DNA of 57,456 bases from positions 1 to 57,456 of IMG/VR virus record IMGVR_UViG_3300036823_000129, one strand, 5' to 3'. This DNA comes from a virus. Lineage: Duplodnaviria > Caudoviricetes. The translations under genes were made by a program, and so were the position numbers. Shown one piece after another: positions 37,901 through 46,538 of this stretch (the stretch's first letter is position 1; every line of letters begins with the position of its first letter). The notes under the pieces were generated by a model. The model did no database searches. It was not told the origin of the DNA and was given only the letters and a program-made list of their open reading frames with translations.

Positions 37901-38328
37901 CCGTTCATCTTCTGCACCTCGGTCGCTGACGCGCCCGCCTGCGTCTGGATCCGAAGCATCGCCGACTGGAAATCGGTGCCGAGCTTCACCGCCGCGAACC
38001 CGGCGAGCAGCACCGGCGCCGTCACGAACGTCGTCAGGGTCCGCCCGATCTGCGACGCAGCCTCGAGCTGCGACGCCTTCAACGAGTCGATCGTCTTCTG
38101 GTACCGCAGCGTCGCGTTCGCCGCACCCAACGTGCCGGCGCCGTACCTGTCCATGGAAAGCGCGAGCTTGTCCTGGGCCGACGCGAGCTCGAGCGTCGAA
38201 ACCGACATCCCCTTGAACGCCGACAGGTATGTCTTCGCGAAGTCCTCGGTCGCGCCCGCGGCCCGGCCGAGAGCAGCCTCGAGCGGCGCGGAGTTCCCGA
38301 TGATGTCAACGCCGGCACGGAGGGTCAT
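34984..38328 (-). CDS. Tape measure protein (TP901-like core)
   Basis: 1114 aa, Ala-rich, DFQSAM..., ELANALYYL.S.G; GGAGG RBS. Confidence 0.92.
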   Translation of the reverse strand: MTLRAGVDIIGNSAPLEAALGRAAGATEDFAKTYLSAFKGMSVSTLELASAQDKLALSMDRYGAGTLGAANATLRYQKTIDSLKASQLEAASQIGRTLTTFVTAPVLLAGFAAVKLGTDFQSAMLRIQTQAGASATEVQKMNGAVLALAKGGAQQGPLELANALYYLESRGLRGTAAINALKVASNAAALGQANLTDTANALGGAIVSNVKGAQDYQQAMGTLNAIVGGGAMTMQDLTDALGTGLLSNAKLVGVSLTEVGAALDVLVDRGVPAQQAATRLGATLKLMSDPAPVAQKALAAMGIGANELAIDLQKPNGLLLALQRLKEGVDSVGKVQGEQDLASAFGRSRQSSAIITLVQSLDAPVSGYAQKVNQVIASTGKLTSSEAEQQHTAAASFHRDIAEMEAILIGLGNAILPTVTKVANGVTEIAGAFSGLPGPVKQDIGIVVGLLAVGGPVILGAAAATRAVKSIGTAFTTIPVRAGPALAKTDAEVAGLGASAVTAEGKVAGLRAGLLGLAAKAFVATLILDIVPKSSAGKGVLDKVFGNTVGNALAGIPGLGGVDTQAALGAAKLGAAITGDSIIPTGPTSTTEYNALRKKATAGGMNRHNLTSDDVDVISGITLAQIVKLKPYFASNADYLQVADQKISSLNLNPNVTAEDLQAFSAGWTPKQINELNGQLEKMKGYGGKTSPTATTAAAPKLTKAEQIQAGLYLDPNNVALLKEKLAMDDKQLADAQKAFADGKITKTKYLSLLQQYGTDRSATEASIKSATTKTTSASNKKKAAAAKAQREYASGVSTHAESLITAVSAAGGTGHDGKPSTADSKARDAEITFFKDEAKDSKLTAAERARYAAEAVAAKKGENAAALKDALTYESTIISGLKARVAQAKASKGNVAGQEAALRNLIAGYESEAANKELTPTQRNDARQHAATARGQLNNLRNNPQVPLPLQLAAAQASSSDQGATSEQDVQAALAIKKWDEKLLKAHTLSLQGQIAIYDDIAQQNQVLGQGVTRGYAKTLSASKIAAMLHVPAGAKKADEMRIAQLMAHGGRLPTGMGVQGLSVPGTSQYVFHVTGSNADEIVTKVIQKIQHTSHAMAASSSGPFGGRALMAP

Positions 38329-38360
38329 ACCGACCTCCAGACCTGCGAAAATCCGAGGCT

Positions 38361-38828
38361 GTGGCAGCTAATCCAGACCGACTGATCAAGGGGCTTCCGG
38401 CCACGGAGTATTTCGCTCGTTACCGCGAAGAGCACCGCGAGGAGATACGCGCCAAAGGCCGCGAGCGTCAGCTCAAGAAGAACCGCCAGGCCGGCATGTT
38501 CGAGAGCGGCTCTCCCGAACACAGAGAGCGGATGCGCCAGTGTCGTAAGGCAAAGGGCGAAGAGCACGGCAACTGGAAGGGCGACGACGTCGGATATGAC
38601 GCCCTTCACGACTGGGTTAAACGGAACAAGCCGCGTACCGGAATCTGCGAGGCCTGCGGTAAAAAGCCGAGGACGTGGACGCATCTTGCGAACGTGTCGG
38701 GCGAGTACCGCCGCGATGTCGCCGACTTCATTGAGTTGTGTGCGTCCTGTCATAAGAAGCGCGACCTGGCCGAGACGCGAGGGGCGAGAGAGCGGTTCGA
38801 GCGGCGGGTAGCGACCACGCCCGTCTAG
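38361..38828 (+). CDS. HNH-like endonuclease inserted antisense between chaperone and tape measure genes
   Basis: GEEHGNWKGD...Y.ALHDWV...CEACG....HLAN......LCASCHKK.D. Confidence 0.8.
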   Translation: MAANPDRLIKGLPATEYFARYREEHREEIRAKGRERQLKKNRQAGMFESGSPEHRERMRQCRKAKGEEHGNWKGDDVGYDALHDWVKRNKPRTGICEACGKKPRTWTHLANVSGEYRRDVADFIELCASCHKKRDLAETRGARERFERRVATTPV

Positions 38829-39333
38829 GCCTCTTTCGCCATCGCGCGGAGCAGGTCGACCGCGCCCATCAGCTGGTAGGGGGTCAGGTCGCCTATGTCT
38901 GCGGGCCTGAGGTGGCAGATGTGTCCGAGCCCTGCTGACCAGTACGACTCGGGTCGCTCTCCGGGCTGCCCGACGAGCTGCTCGAAGTCGCGCCAGAACC
39001 CTCGGGTGAGTCGGCGCTGCTTTCGGGCAGCTCTGAGGCTGGGGGGCCGGCATCAGCGTCCTCTTCATCACCGGCGAAGACGAGGGCGATCGACCCGTGC
39101 GGCGCGTCCCAGAGCTCGTCGACGTTCACGTCCTTGTCGGCCCGCCGGAGCGCAAGCAGCGCGTACGACACCCAGAGGGCAGGGTCTTTCGCGAGGAACG
39201 CGTCGAGGAGCTCCCCGTACCGCAATCCGGTGAGGAGCTTGATCTCGTGGTACTCGCGGTTCGTGATCGATGACGGCTCGAGCTCGTAGACGCCGTCGAC
39301 CTTCTTGCCGACACCGGTGATGCTGATCTCCAC
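38825..39333 (-). CDS. Tail assembly chaperone pair with a predicted -1 frameshift
   Basis: Short form VEISITG... stops at 38893. Slipping at C CCC CCA (39040-39046) gives ...FWRDFEQLVG...DLTPYQL...AKEA* at 38825. Confidence 0.75.
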
Positions 39334-39344
39334 TGGCTTGCCTC

Positions 39345-39647
39345 CTAGGTTCCGTGGCTGGCGACGATCGCAGCGATCCGGCCTTCGAGCCCGGCGACAG
39401 CGCCTTCGAGCTTCGCGTCGCGTGCCGGCAACATCGCGTGGGTGACCATCAGCGCCCCGAAGTCGGGCCGCTTCCCGGTCGTTTTCCGGAGCGCCTGCTC
39501 GACCCGGACGAGCCCGCCGGCGCGGACGCGCTCCTGGAACCCGGCGGCGCTGGCCGTGCTGTACCGCCAGAACCGCCGGGTTGCGTCGTCGCGGACCTCG
39601 CCGCCGACGAGCAGGAGCTCCTCTTTGACCGCCGCGGCGCACTCCAC
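39345..39647 (-). CDS. Neck/tail completion protein (HK97 gp10-like)
   Basis: Position and basic composition. The frame stays open to a CTG at 39710 overlapping the tail-tube stop, so the start is uncertain. Confidence 0.55.
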   Translation of the reverse strand: MECAAAVKEELLLVGGEVRDDATRRFWRYSTASAAGFQERVRAGGLVRVEQALRKTTGKRPDFGALMVTHAMLPARDAKLEGAVAGLEGRIAAIVASHGT

Positions 39648-39706
39648 TCCGATCGTCTCGAACGTCCTCGCGAGGTTGAGGAGCGGCGTGATGTTCGCGG
39701 GCCCGA

Positions 39707-40120
39707 TCAGGTCGTGACCCGGTCGACGAGACCGATCACCTTGAACGTGGTCTGGCTCTTCGAGAGCGCGCCGACCTGGCCGTTGACCGGGTCGTAGTTG
39801 AAGAGCTTCGCGGTCATGCGGTAGCTCGGGTTCTCGTCCGAGACCGCCCCCTGGAAGTTCTGGTAGGTGATCTCGAACTCGTCCTCGTCGCGGTAGAGCG
39901 GGAAGAGGGTGTCGGTGACGGAGCCGCTGTCCTCGTCGTTCATGAACTCGACGACGCAGCCCTCGTCTGCGAGGCCGTGGACCCAGTCGTGGCCGCCGCC
40001 GGCGTTCAGGCCGGTCGCGTCGATCTGGTCCTTCGTGAGCGGGATGTCGATCGACGTGACGTGATCGGACAGATCGACGCCGGCGATCTCGAGGACGCCT
40101 TCCTTGACTACGAACTTCAT
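39707..40120 (-). CDS. Major tail tube protein
   Basis: GVDLSDHVTS, GL.D, S..NPSY, G.VG.L; AAGGAG RBS. Confidence 0.85.
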   Translation of the reverse strand: MKFVVKEGVLEIAGVDLSDHVTSIDIPLTKDQIDATGLNAGGGHDWVHGLADEGCVVEFMNDEDSGSVTDTLFPLYRDEDEFEITYQNFQGAVSDENPSYRMTAKLFNYDPVNGQVGALSKSQTTFKVIGLVDRVTT

Positions 40121-40150
40121 CTGAGTGTCTCCTTCGGGTTAGCGGGCACG

Positions 40151-40171
40151 AAAAAGCCCGCTTGCGCGGGC
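40151..40171 (-). terminator. Intrinsic terminator upstream of the tail tube gene
   Basis: GCCCGC-GCAA-GCGGGC-TTTTT. Confidence 0.85.
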
Positions 40172-40202
40172 CGGGAACTTGCGGTCATGGCGGCAGGTGG
40201 TT

Positions 40203-40622
40203 TCAGACGTAGACCTTCACGAGCCATTCGGCGCCGATGACCTCGCCTGACCCGTCGGGGCTCTTGTAGACGCGGTAGCCGGACGAGCTCGTGACGATCA
40301 GGTCGGCGCATTTCCCGCCGAGGCGGCTGTCGGACTCGATCGCCGCTTTCACGCTGCTCGGGCCGTCGCTCGCGATGTACTCGTCGAGCGTCGTCTGCGC
40401 GCCGATGTCGGTTGTGCGGGACACGAACACCTGCACCGTCATCTCGACGGTCTCGAGACCGTCGCTGAGCGCGCCGTGGTACTCGATCGGGCCCGGGATG
40501 ACGTGCGCGGCCGGCGGTGTCGGCGACGCGAGCATCACGGGCGACACCTGAATCGTTTTGCCGAGCGCGTTCTGGAGGTTCGCGGCGATCGCTTTCCGGA
40601 TCCCGACGAAGTCAGCGGCCAT
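40203..40622 (-). CDS. Tail terminator-like protein
   Basis: IRKAIAANL, PPAA, Q..LDEY....G..SVKAAIESD..LGG. Confidence 0.75.
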   Translation of the reverse strand: MAADFVGIRKAIAANLQNALGKTIQVSPVMLASPTPPAAHVIPGPIEYHGALSDGLETVEMTVQVFVSRTTDIGAQTTLDEYIASDGPSSVKAAIESDSRLGGKCADLIVTSSSGYRVYKSPDGSGEVIGAEWLVKVYV

Positions 40623-41620
40623 CAGGCGAAGTAGACGTCTCTCGTGTAGCGGGCCAGGAGCTTGCAGACGTCGGGGTCGGTCATCGAGAGCCGCATCCCG
40701 CCGCTCTCGTTCCCGAGCCCGACGATCGCCCACGGCGCCTCCCGTTTACGGAGCACCAGGCGGGGCGCGAGGATCATCACGGCCTCCTGCACCTTCGCCG
40801 GCACCTCGGGCCACCCGAACCGTCCGGTGACCCGCACTGCCTGCGGGATCCGGTACGGCCACCAGAACTTCCCGATCACGTAGGGGCCGCCGTAGCCGCC
40901 GTACCCGGGGAACCTGCCGAGCGAAGGCACCCGCTGCCGCACAGTGATCCGTTCCCACGGTTGCGCCTTCAACGGGGCGTTCGGCGGGTCGAGCAGGATG
41001 TCGGTCGGGTACGACCAGATGTTGGTGTAGTCGCCGTAGCCGGTCGGGTCGGTCGCGAACTCGGTGAGCTCGATCAGGTCGTCGATCTCGATCACGCCAT
41101 GCCGGGACGCCGTGTAGTACCGGACGCTCGTCGCGTCGGGATCCTTGCCGAAGTACCGGTGGGTCTCGTCATCGACGAGCCTGGAAGCGGCGCTGATCGA
41201 GAGAACGAGATCCTCGTCGGCGAACGACTGCGAGACCAGCGACCGGGATTTCTTGACGGCGTCGAGGGTGACGTAGTCGATCAGGTCGAGCCCGAGCGCC
41301 GGTGGCTCCTGGAGAACGGTGAGCGCCCCGGTGGCGAGCGTGACGACATGCCCGTCGGCCAGTGTCGCGGTGAGCGCGTAGAGCCAGTTCGGCTCGATCA
41401 GCGCCGCGGTGTCGTCGGCGGTCAGCTCCACCTGGGCTTCGGTCGCTGACACGACAGTCCCGGCCTTCTCGAACGTGGTGCCGGTCGGGTTGAGCAGGCG
41501 AAGCAGGATCGCTCCGGCGGTGATGTCGGGCCATGCGGTGCCAGCCCAGTCGAGCGCGCGGCTGTCCGCGGCAAGGTAGTCGTCCCCAGACACGACCTCC
41601 ACGGTGTCGCCGTCGGTCAC
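40622..41620 (-). CDS. Head-tail adaptor with an extra N-terminal Ig/BppU-like domain
   Basis: C-terminal YVTLD.VK...AASR.VD....RYF...GWP.VP..V..A; N-terminal GDD...V.LTA.DT...Y...G.LTV. Confidence 0.75.
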   Translation of the reverse strand: MTDGDTVEVVSGDDYLAADSRALDWAGTAWPDITAGAILLRLLNPTGTTFEKAGTVVSATEAQVELTADDTAALIEPNWLYALTATLADGHVVTLATGALTVLQEPPALGLDLIDYVTLDAVKKSRSLVSQSFADEDLVLSISAASRLVDDETHRYFGKDPDATSVRYYTASRHGVIEIDDLIELTEFATDPTGYGDYTNIWSYPTDILLDPPNAPLKAQPWERITVRQRVPSLGRFPGYGGYGGPYVIGKFWWPYRIPQAVRVTGRFGWPEVPAKVQEAVMILAPRLVLRKREAPWAIVGLGNESGGMRLSMTDPDVCKLLARYTRDVYFA

Positions 41621-41645
41621 TACGGGCGGGCCTCGGTCACGCCGG

Positions 41646-41870
41646 TTAGGCCTTCGCCTTCGTTCCGCGCCTCGCCGGGACGACGTCGTCGGAGCCAGGG
41701 ACGGCGGTCACGAACGCCGACGCCGGCGCGAACAGCCCCTCACGGCCACGCACGAGAGGATCGTCCGCCTGGATCAGCATCCCCTTCGTGATCAGCCGTG
41801 TTTTCCCGCCTCCGACGTTCACGATCGCCGACGAGCGCGCCATCAGGATCTCGGTGTCGTTGATCTTCAC
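41646..41870 (-). CDS. Small post-capsid protein
   Basis: AAAGGAG RBS; DPLV.GRE.LF motif. Confidence 0.7.
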   Translation of the reverse strand: MKINDTEILMARSSAIVNVGGGKTRLITKGMLIQADDPLVRGREGLFAPASAFVTAVPGSDDVVPARRGTKAKA

Positions 41871-41890
41871 TCTTGTTGCTCCTTTCGTTC

Positions 41891-41949
41891 GAGCCGCCGG
41901 GCGCCGCGAGGGGCACAGGAAAGGCGCCTCGCGGCGCCCGGGTTGGCTC
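41891..41949. terminator. Strong GC hairpin after the capsid gene
   Basis: CCGGGCGCCGCGAGG / CCTCGCGGCGCCCGG 15-bp perfect stem. Confidence 0.75.
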
Positions 41950-41970
41950 AGTCGGTTAGATGCTCAGGTC

Positions 41971-44871
41971 TTAGGTGTGCTGGACCTGGAGCACCCGGAA
42001 CGCGTTCGCCGTCAGGACCTGCGACGAGTTCCGCCAGTAGGCGTACAGGCCGCGGGAGCCGAGCGGGTAGCCCGTCCCGGTGTCGAACAGGTGTGGGATG
42101 AACTCGACGCTCATCCCGATCCGGTCGACGACGAGGAACTGCTCGAAGTCGCCGAGCACCGCGATGTACTCGCCGCCCGTCGAGGTGAGCTTCGACATGG
42201 CCGACGCGCGCCATGCCGGGTAGCCGAGCAGCTGGAAGCCGGTGTTGCCGCCGTCACCGCGGCCGCTTCCCTGCTGCACCGGGATGAAGATGTTGAAGGT
42301 GTCGTCCGTGACCGACCGGACGGCGTTGTAGAACGCGCGGTTCGCGACGAAGCACGAGTTCGGCTCGAAGCGGTCGGCGACCGCGTTCTCGAGCAGATAG
42401 AGGTCGTCGCGGGCGAACGCGTTCACGGACGCCGTCTCGACGATGATCGAGCCGCCGACCGCCTCGAGCGCGGTCAGGAGCCCCTCGGGCTCGTGCGAGC
42501 CGTGGCCGGCACCGAAGAAGAACTTCTGTGCTTCGAGGACGTCCTTGGCGTCGGCGAACAGCTTCGACAGCTCGGCCTCGACGCCGATCCAGTCCTGGCT
42601 GACCTCGATCGAGAGCGGCACGAACGCCTGCGCCTTCTCGACCTCGAGGACCGGCTGGGCGAGCGTCGGGCTGTTGTCGCTCGCCGGCGTGAGCTCGGGC
42701 CCGTAGGACGCGACGACACCGTCCGACGTCGTGACGCCGAGCCACTGGTGCCCGGTGATCTGCGCCTGACGCGAGATCTGCCGGATCGGGTTGACCGCGC
42801 CGTTCGACGCGAGGATGACGGTCGGGTCGAGCGTGTACGGGATCGCGTAGCCGCCGTCGCTGGGCGTGCCGATCGTCAGGGCGTACATGTCGAGCGCCTG
42901 CTTCTCGGTGCCGTTGATCGGGAGCCCGCGGACGGCCTTGCTCCACGCGCGGCGGTACTGGTCGGAGCCGGTCGCGAGCATGTGCCGCGCGAACGATCCG
43001 TCCTGGGTGTCGTTCGCGAGGAGCTTCAGCACGTGCGCCTTCGCCTTGCCCTCGTTGATGTTCTCGTTCGGGATCTGGGCGATCTCGAGCGCGCGCTTCG
43101 CCCCGTCCTTGAACAGGGAGCCGAGCTCGTCGATGCTCCGGGCCCGGGAGCGGTACCCGGCGATGTCCCAGACGTTCTCGTTCGCCTCGGGCGAGCGGGT
43201 GCTGAACGACCCGATCTCGACGCGGCTCGCGGCCGGTGCGGCGGCACCCTTCTCCTGCAGCATCGCCTTCCGCTCGCGCATCTCCGTGACGGTGGCCTTG
43301 AGGTTCTGCCACTCCTCCTGGAGGTCGTCGAACTCGCTCTTGGCGTCGGCCGGCATCAGCTCACCGGCGAACGTCGCGTCGAGTTCCTCCTGGCGCGCGC
43401 GGATCTCGTCCTGACGCGCGACCAGCTCTTCGATCGTCTTCACGTTCTTCTCCTTGTCGTTGGTCGCGTTCGCCGGCGGCGTCGCGGTTGCTTCCAGCTC
43501 CAGATCAAGCGCGGAGCCCTTCTTTGCGTCGAAGTCGTCGAGGTGGCGTTGCAGGTGCGCCTTCACGCCGTCCTTGTCGCCCTCGGGGATGTCGCTGTCG
43601 TCGAGACGGGCGAGCCCGTCACGGACAGCGGAGATCACCGCTGGGCCTTCGACCTTCGTGTGATGCGGGAACTTCCAGTCGCTCTTCGCGTCCGGGAGCC
43701 CGTCGTCGTCGGTGTCGTTGTCGTCGGTCGAATCGGCGAACCACGCGAACACCGACTTCCACTCGGCCTGCTTGCCGTCGGGGAGCGCCTTCTCCACCTC
43801 ACCGGCATCCCAGGGCTCGTCGATGACCTCGGTCGAGTGCGGCGCGATCGCCCCGGCGAGCACCCCGACCGTCGTGGCGGGCGGCATCACGATCACCGGG
43901 CCCTGACCCTCGCCGAACGACGTGACATCGACCTCCGCGAACGTCCCGAGTCCCGGAACGAGCGCCGCCATCGGCAGCGCGAGCTCGGCACTGCGACGCC
44001 GCGAGACGCCCGGCGCTGCCTTCCCGCCCGAGAGCTTCCCGATCGTGTCCGCCAACGTCCCGACGCTGTCGGCCATCCCGGCCTTCACCGCCTCGGCGGC
44101 GTTCACCATCCGGCCCTGCCCGAACCCGTCGATCACGTCCTGCTGCGACACCCCGCGTCCCTTCGCGACCGCCGCGGTGAACATGCCGTAGAACTCGTCG
44201 ACGTTCGCCTGAGCGGCCTCGAGCGCCTCCTCGGAGAGCGGCCCGAACGGCGACCCCTCCGTCTTGTACTTCCCCGCGGAGATCAGCGTCGTCTTGACGC
44301 CCATCTGCTCCTGCATCCCCGACACGTCCTGGTGCGCCGAGTACACGCCGATCGAACCGACCGCACCCGACGGCGTCACGACGACCTCGTCGCAGCACGC
44401 CGCGATCCAGTACGCCGCGCTCGCGGCCTCCGTGTTCGCGACCGCCACGATCGGCTTGCCCTTCCCCCGCATCGCGAGGATCGCCGCGCCGGTCTCCGGA
44501 ACCATGTCCGTCGAACCACCAGGGCTGTCGATGTCCAACACGACCGCGGTGATCTGCGGGTTCTGCATCATCGCCTGCAGGTCACCGAGGAACGAATCGA
44601 GGGCGCAGCCCCCGGAGATCTCGCTCATCAGCCCGGCCTTCGGCGTGATCACGCCCTGAACGGGCAGCACGCCGACCGCGCCCTGCGTCGGCACCACGGT
44701 TTCCCGCTGCCGCCGGGCGGCTTCGAGCTCGGCCCGGATCTCGTCCGGGGTCAGTCTGACTCCTTCGACTCTACGATGAACGATCTCGACGATCGTTGCC
44801 AGCCGTTCCGGCCGCATCGCCCAAGGCGTGTTGAGCACGAGGTTAACCACGTGCCGGTATGGCCTATCCAC
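41971..44871 (-). CDS. S49 maturation protease fused to HK97-fold major capsid protein
   Basis: LDIDSPGG, AASAAYWIA, GSIGV; then DGGYAIP, NPIRQ, LGDF..F.VVDR, AFRVL. AAAGGAGG RBS before GTG 44871. Confidence 0.93.
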   Translation of the reverse strand: MDRPYRHVVNLVLNTPWAMRPERLATIVEIVHRRVEGVRLTPDEIRAELEAARRQRETVVPTQGAVGVLPVQGVITPKAGLMSEISGGCALDSFLGDLQAMMQNPQITAVVLDIDSPGGSTDMVPETGAAILAMRGKGKPIVAVANTEAASAAYWIAACCDEVVVTPSGAVGSIGVYSAHQDVSGMQEQMGVKTTLISAGKYKTEGSPFGPLSEEALEAAQANVDEFYGMFTAAVAKGRGVSQQDVIDGFGQGRMVNAAEAVKAGMADSVGTLADTIGKLSGGKAAPGVSRRRSAELALPMAALVPGLGTFAEVDVTSFGEGQGPVIVMPPATTVGVLAGAIAPHSTEVIDEPWDAGEVEKALPDGKQAEWKSVFAWFADSTDDNDTDDDGLPDAKSDWKFPHHTKVEGPAVISAVRDGLARLDDSDIPEGDKDGVKAHLQRHLDDFDAKKGSALDLELEATATPPANATNDKEKNVKTIEELVARQDEIRARQEELDATFAGELMPADAKSEFDDLQEEWQNLKATVTEMRERKAMLQEKGAAAPAASRVEIGSFSTRSPEANENVWDIAGYRSRARSIDELGSLFKDGAKRALEIAQIPNENINEGKAKAHVLKLLANDTQDGSFARHMLATGSDQYRRAWSKAVRGLPINGTEKQALDMYALTIGTPSDGGYAIPYTLDPTVILASNGAVNPIRQISRQAQITGHQWLGVTTSDGVVASYGPELTPASDNSPTLAQPVLEVEKAQAFVPLSIEVSQDWIGVEAELSKLFADAKDVLEAQKFFFGAGHGSHEPEGLLTALEAVGGSIIVETASVNAFARDDLYLLENAVADRFEPNSCFVANRAFYNAVRSVTDDTFNIFIPVQQGSGRGDGGNTGFQLLGYPAWRASAMSKLTSTGGEYIAVLGDFEQFLVVDRIGMSVEFIPHLFDTGTGYPLGSRGLYAYWRNSSQVLTANAFRVLQVQHT

Positions 44872-44890
44872 AGAACCTCCTTTGGGCATG

Positions 44891-44912
44891 AAAAAGGCCG
44901 CTCTCGGCGGCC
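44891..44912 (-). terminator. Intrinsic terminator upstream of the protease-capsid gene
   Basis: GGCCGC-CGAGA-GCGGCC-TTTTT. Confidence 0.85.
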
Positions 44913-44940
44913 CCAGTGGTAGTGCGGTGAGAACCAGGTT

Positions 44941-46317
44941 TCACTCCGGCTCGTCCCCAACGACGATCTCCGGGTCAGGCGAGCCGCCCTTTATCTGCGT
45001 CGGCTGCAGCTGCACCGACGGCAGCCCCGAGTGCTCGAGCAACGTGAGATCGCCCTGGTTCACCGCCTCGATGATCGACTCCGGTGTGAAGCCGCCCATG
45101 ATCAGGGTGTTGATCGTCTTCGCGTTCACACCGAACACGTTCGCGGCGTCAAGGACGTCGGCCTGAAGCGCCGGGATCTCGCTGTCGCTGTACCAGAGCT
45201 CCGACACGCCGCTGGCGTCCGTCGCGGGCATGTCGATAATCCGCTCCGCGGAGCCGCAGAAGTTCTGCCAGTTCGGCCGGACCGTCAGGTTCGAGAACCG
45301 CCGCATCGCCGACTGATAAACCTTGTCGCTAAGCGCCGTCCCGTTCATCGACTCGGCGAGCCCGATCACCTCCGGCGGCACACCTGCGGCGGCCGCGAGC
45401 CTCGTCTCGCCGTAAGCCTGGATCGCCCGGAAATCGATCTGCTTCAGATCAGCCCCGACAATCGTCGCGCTCGCGCCAGCCCCGAGGAACAGCGACTTGT
45501 AGGCGTTCCGGGTGCCCTCGCTCTGCTCCCCGAAGATCTCCCTCCACCGCGCGAACTTCTCCGGGTCCGTCTCCGGCATCGTCACGAGCATCGACGGGGT
45601 CGCGCCGTGCTCGAAGAACTTCAGCTTGTGCGCCTGCGCAGCCTTGTCACCGAGGATCTCGGTGATGACCGGCTCGAGCCAGGAGCAGCCGCGCCACGGC
45701 GCGATCGGATCCGGGATCGGCATGTAATGCATGACCTCCTCCGGCAACAGGTACTCCGGGTCCTCGCCGGCCGCCGCGCCACCGGGCTGGTAGATGTAAC
45801 CGACCGGCTGAGCGTCGATGTCGTAGCCCTGCACCTCGTCGTCGGTGTTCGATCCGAGGATGATCGTCGTCCAGTCCGGCCTCAGCCGCCGCACACCGGT
45901 CGCCCGCCGCGCCCCGAAGAAGTTCCCGCAGATCGACACGTCCATCTCGGCGAGCGCCAACAGATCAGCAGTGGTGCCGCCCGACCACGGCGTCTCGAGT
46001 GGGGCGAGCGCAGTCGTGCCGAACAGATCGCCCGGCTTCCCGTTCAGCCGCCTGCGGAACTGGAACCGCGCCTGCGCGAACAGCGCCTGCCGGGCCGTGA
46101 TCAGCGCGAAAACGATGCCATTCTGCTTGTACGCCATCTGCGCGATCCCGAGATAGTTCGGCGTGATCCGCTGCTGGTTCCCAACCAACGTCTGGTTGAG
46201 CGGCGCACCGTAGATCTGGTTGCCGTAGCTGAAGTACTCGACCCACTCGCCGAACGGGAGCGGCATCCCGGCCGTGGCGCTCGTCTTCCCCCCGGCGATA
46301 CGTCCGACGACGCTCAC
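44941..46317 (-). CDS. HK97-family portal protein
   Basis: GNFF, LRPD, EVMH...PDP...RG.S, FFEHGATP, AAGVPP..IG. Confidence 0.9.
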   Translation of the reverse strand: MSVVGRIAGGKTSATAGMPLPFGEWVEYFSYGNQIYGAPLNQTLVGNQQRITPNYLGIAQMAYKQNGIVFALITARQALFAQARFQFRRRLNGKPGDLFGTTALAPLETPWSGGTTADLLALAEMDVSICGNFFGARRATGVRRLRPDWTTIILGSNTDDEVQGYDIDAQPVGYIYQPGGAAAGEDPEYLLPEEVMHYMPIPDPIAPWRGCSWLEPVITEILGDKAAQAHKLKFFEHGATPSMLVTMPETDPEKFARWREIFGEQSEGTRNAYKSLFLGAGASATIVGADLKQIDFRAIQAYGETRLAAAAGVPPEVIGLAESMNGTALSDKVYQSAMRRFSNLTVRPNWQNFCGSAERIIDMPATDASGVSELWYSDSEIPALQADVLDAANVFGVNAKTINTLIMGGFTPESIIEAVNQGDLTLLEHSGLPSVQLQPTQIKGGSPDPEIVVGDEPE

Positions 46318-46538
46318 GACTTCCGCTCCGCCAGGAACACGACCGCGCTCACCGCGGCGCCGGCGACGATCACGCCCGCCGGCCGATAGATCATCCCCGT
46401 GCCGCCCGCGACGAGCAGCAAGCCGCCAAGGAACAGCACATCCGGCGCGAGCTTCCATGCCCAACGGCGGCCGCGCGCGAGTACCGGCGTGGTCTTCGAA
46501 CGCAGGAGCGCCAGGACAGCGAGGAGCCGCACGCTCAT
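46314..46538 (-). CDS. Small membrane protein between terminase and portal
   Basis: Two hydrophobic helices around IYRPAG; coupled on both sides. Confidence 0.7.
   Translation of the reverse strand: MSVRLLAVLALLRSKTTPVLARGRRWAWKLAPDVLFLGGLLLVAGGTGMIYRPAGVIVAGAAVSAVVFLAERKS

Noticed and set aside
41934-41975. tRNA-like D-arm text GCCCGGGTTGGCTCAGTCGGTTAGA
   Set aside because: No anticodon stem, T-loop or acceptor 3' strand follows; it is part of the post-capsid hairpin.
41788-44922. 1044-aa + strand ORF and similar long ORFs (45031-46389, 35959-37251, 5405-6946, 15033-16373)
   Set aside because: In-register antisense shadows of clearly identifiable genes in GC-rich DNA.
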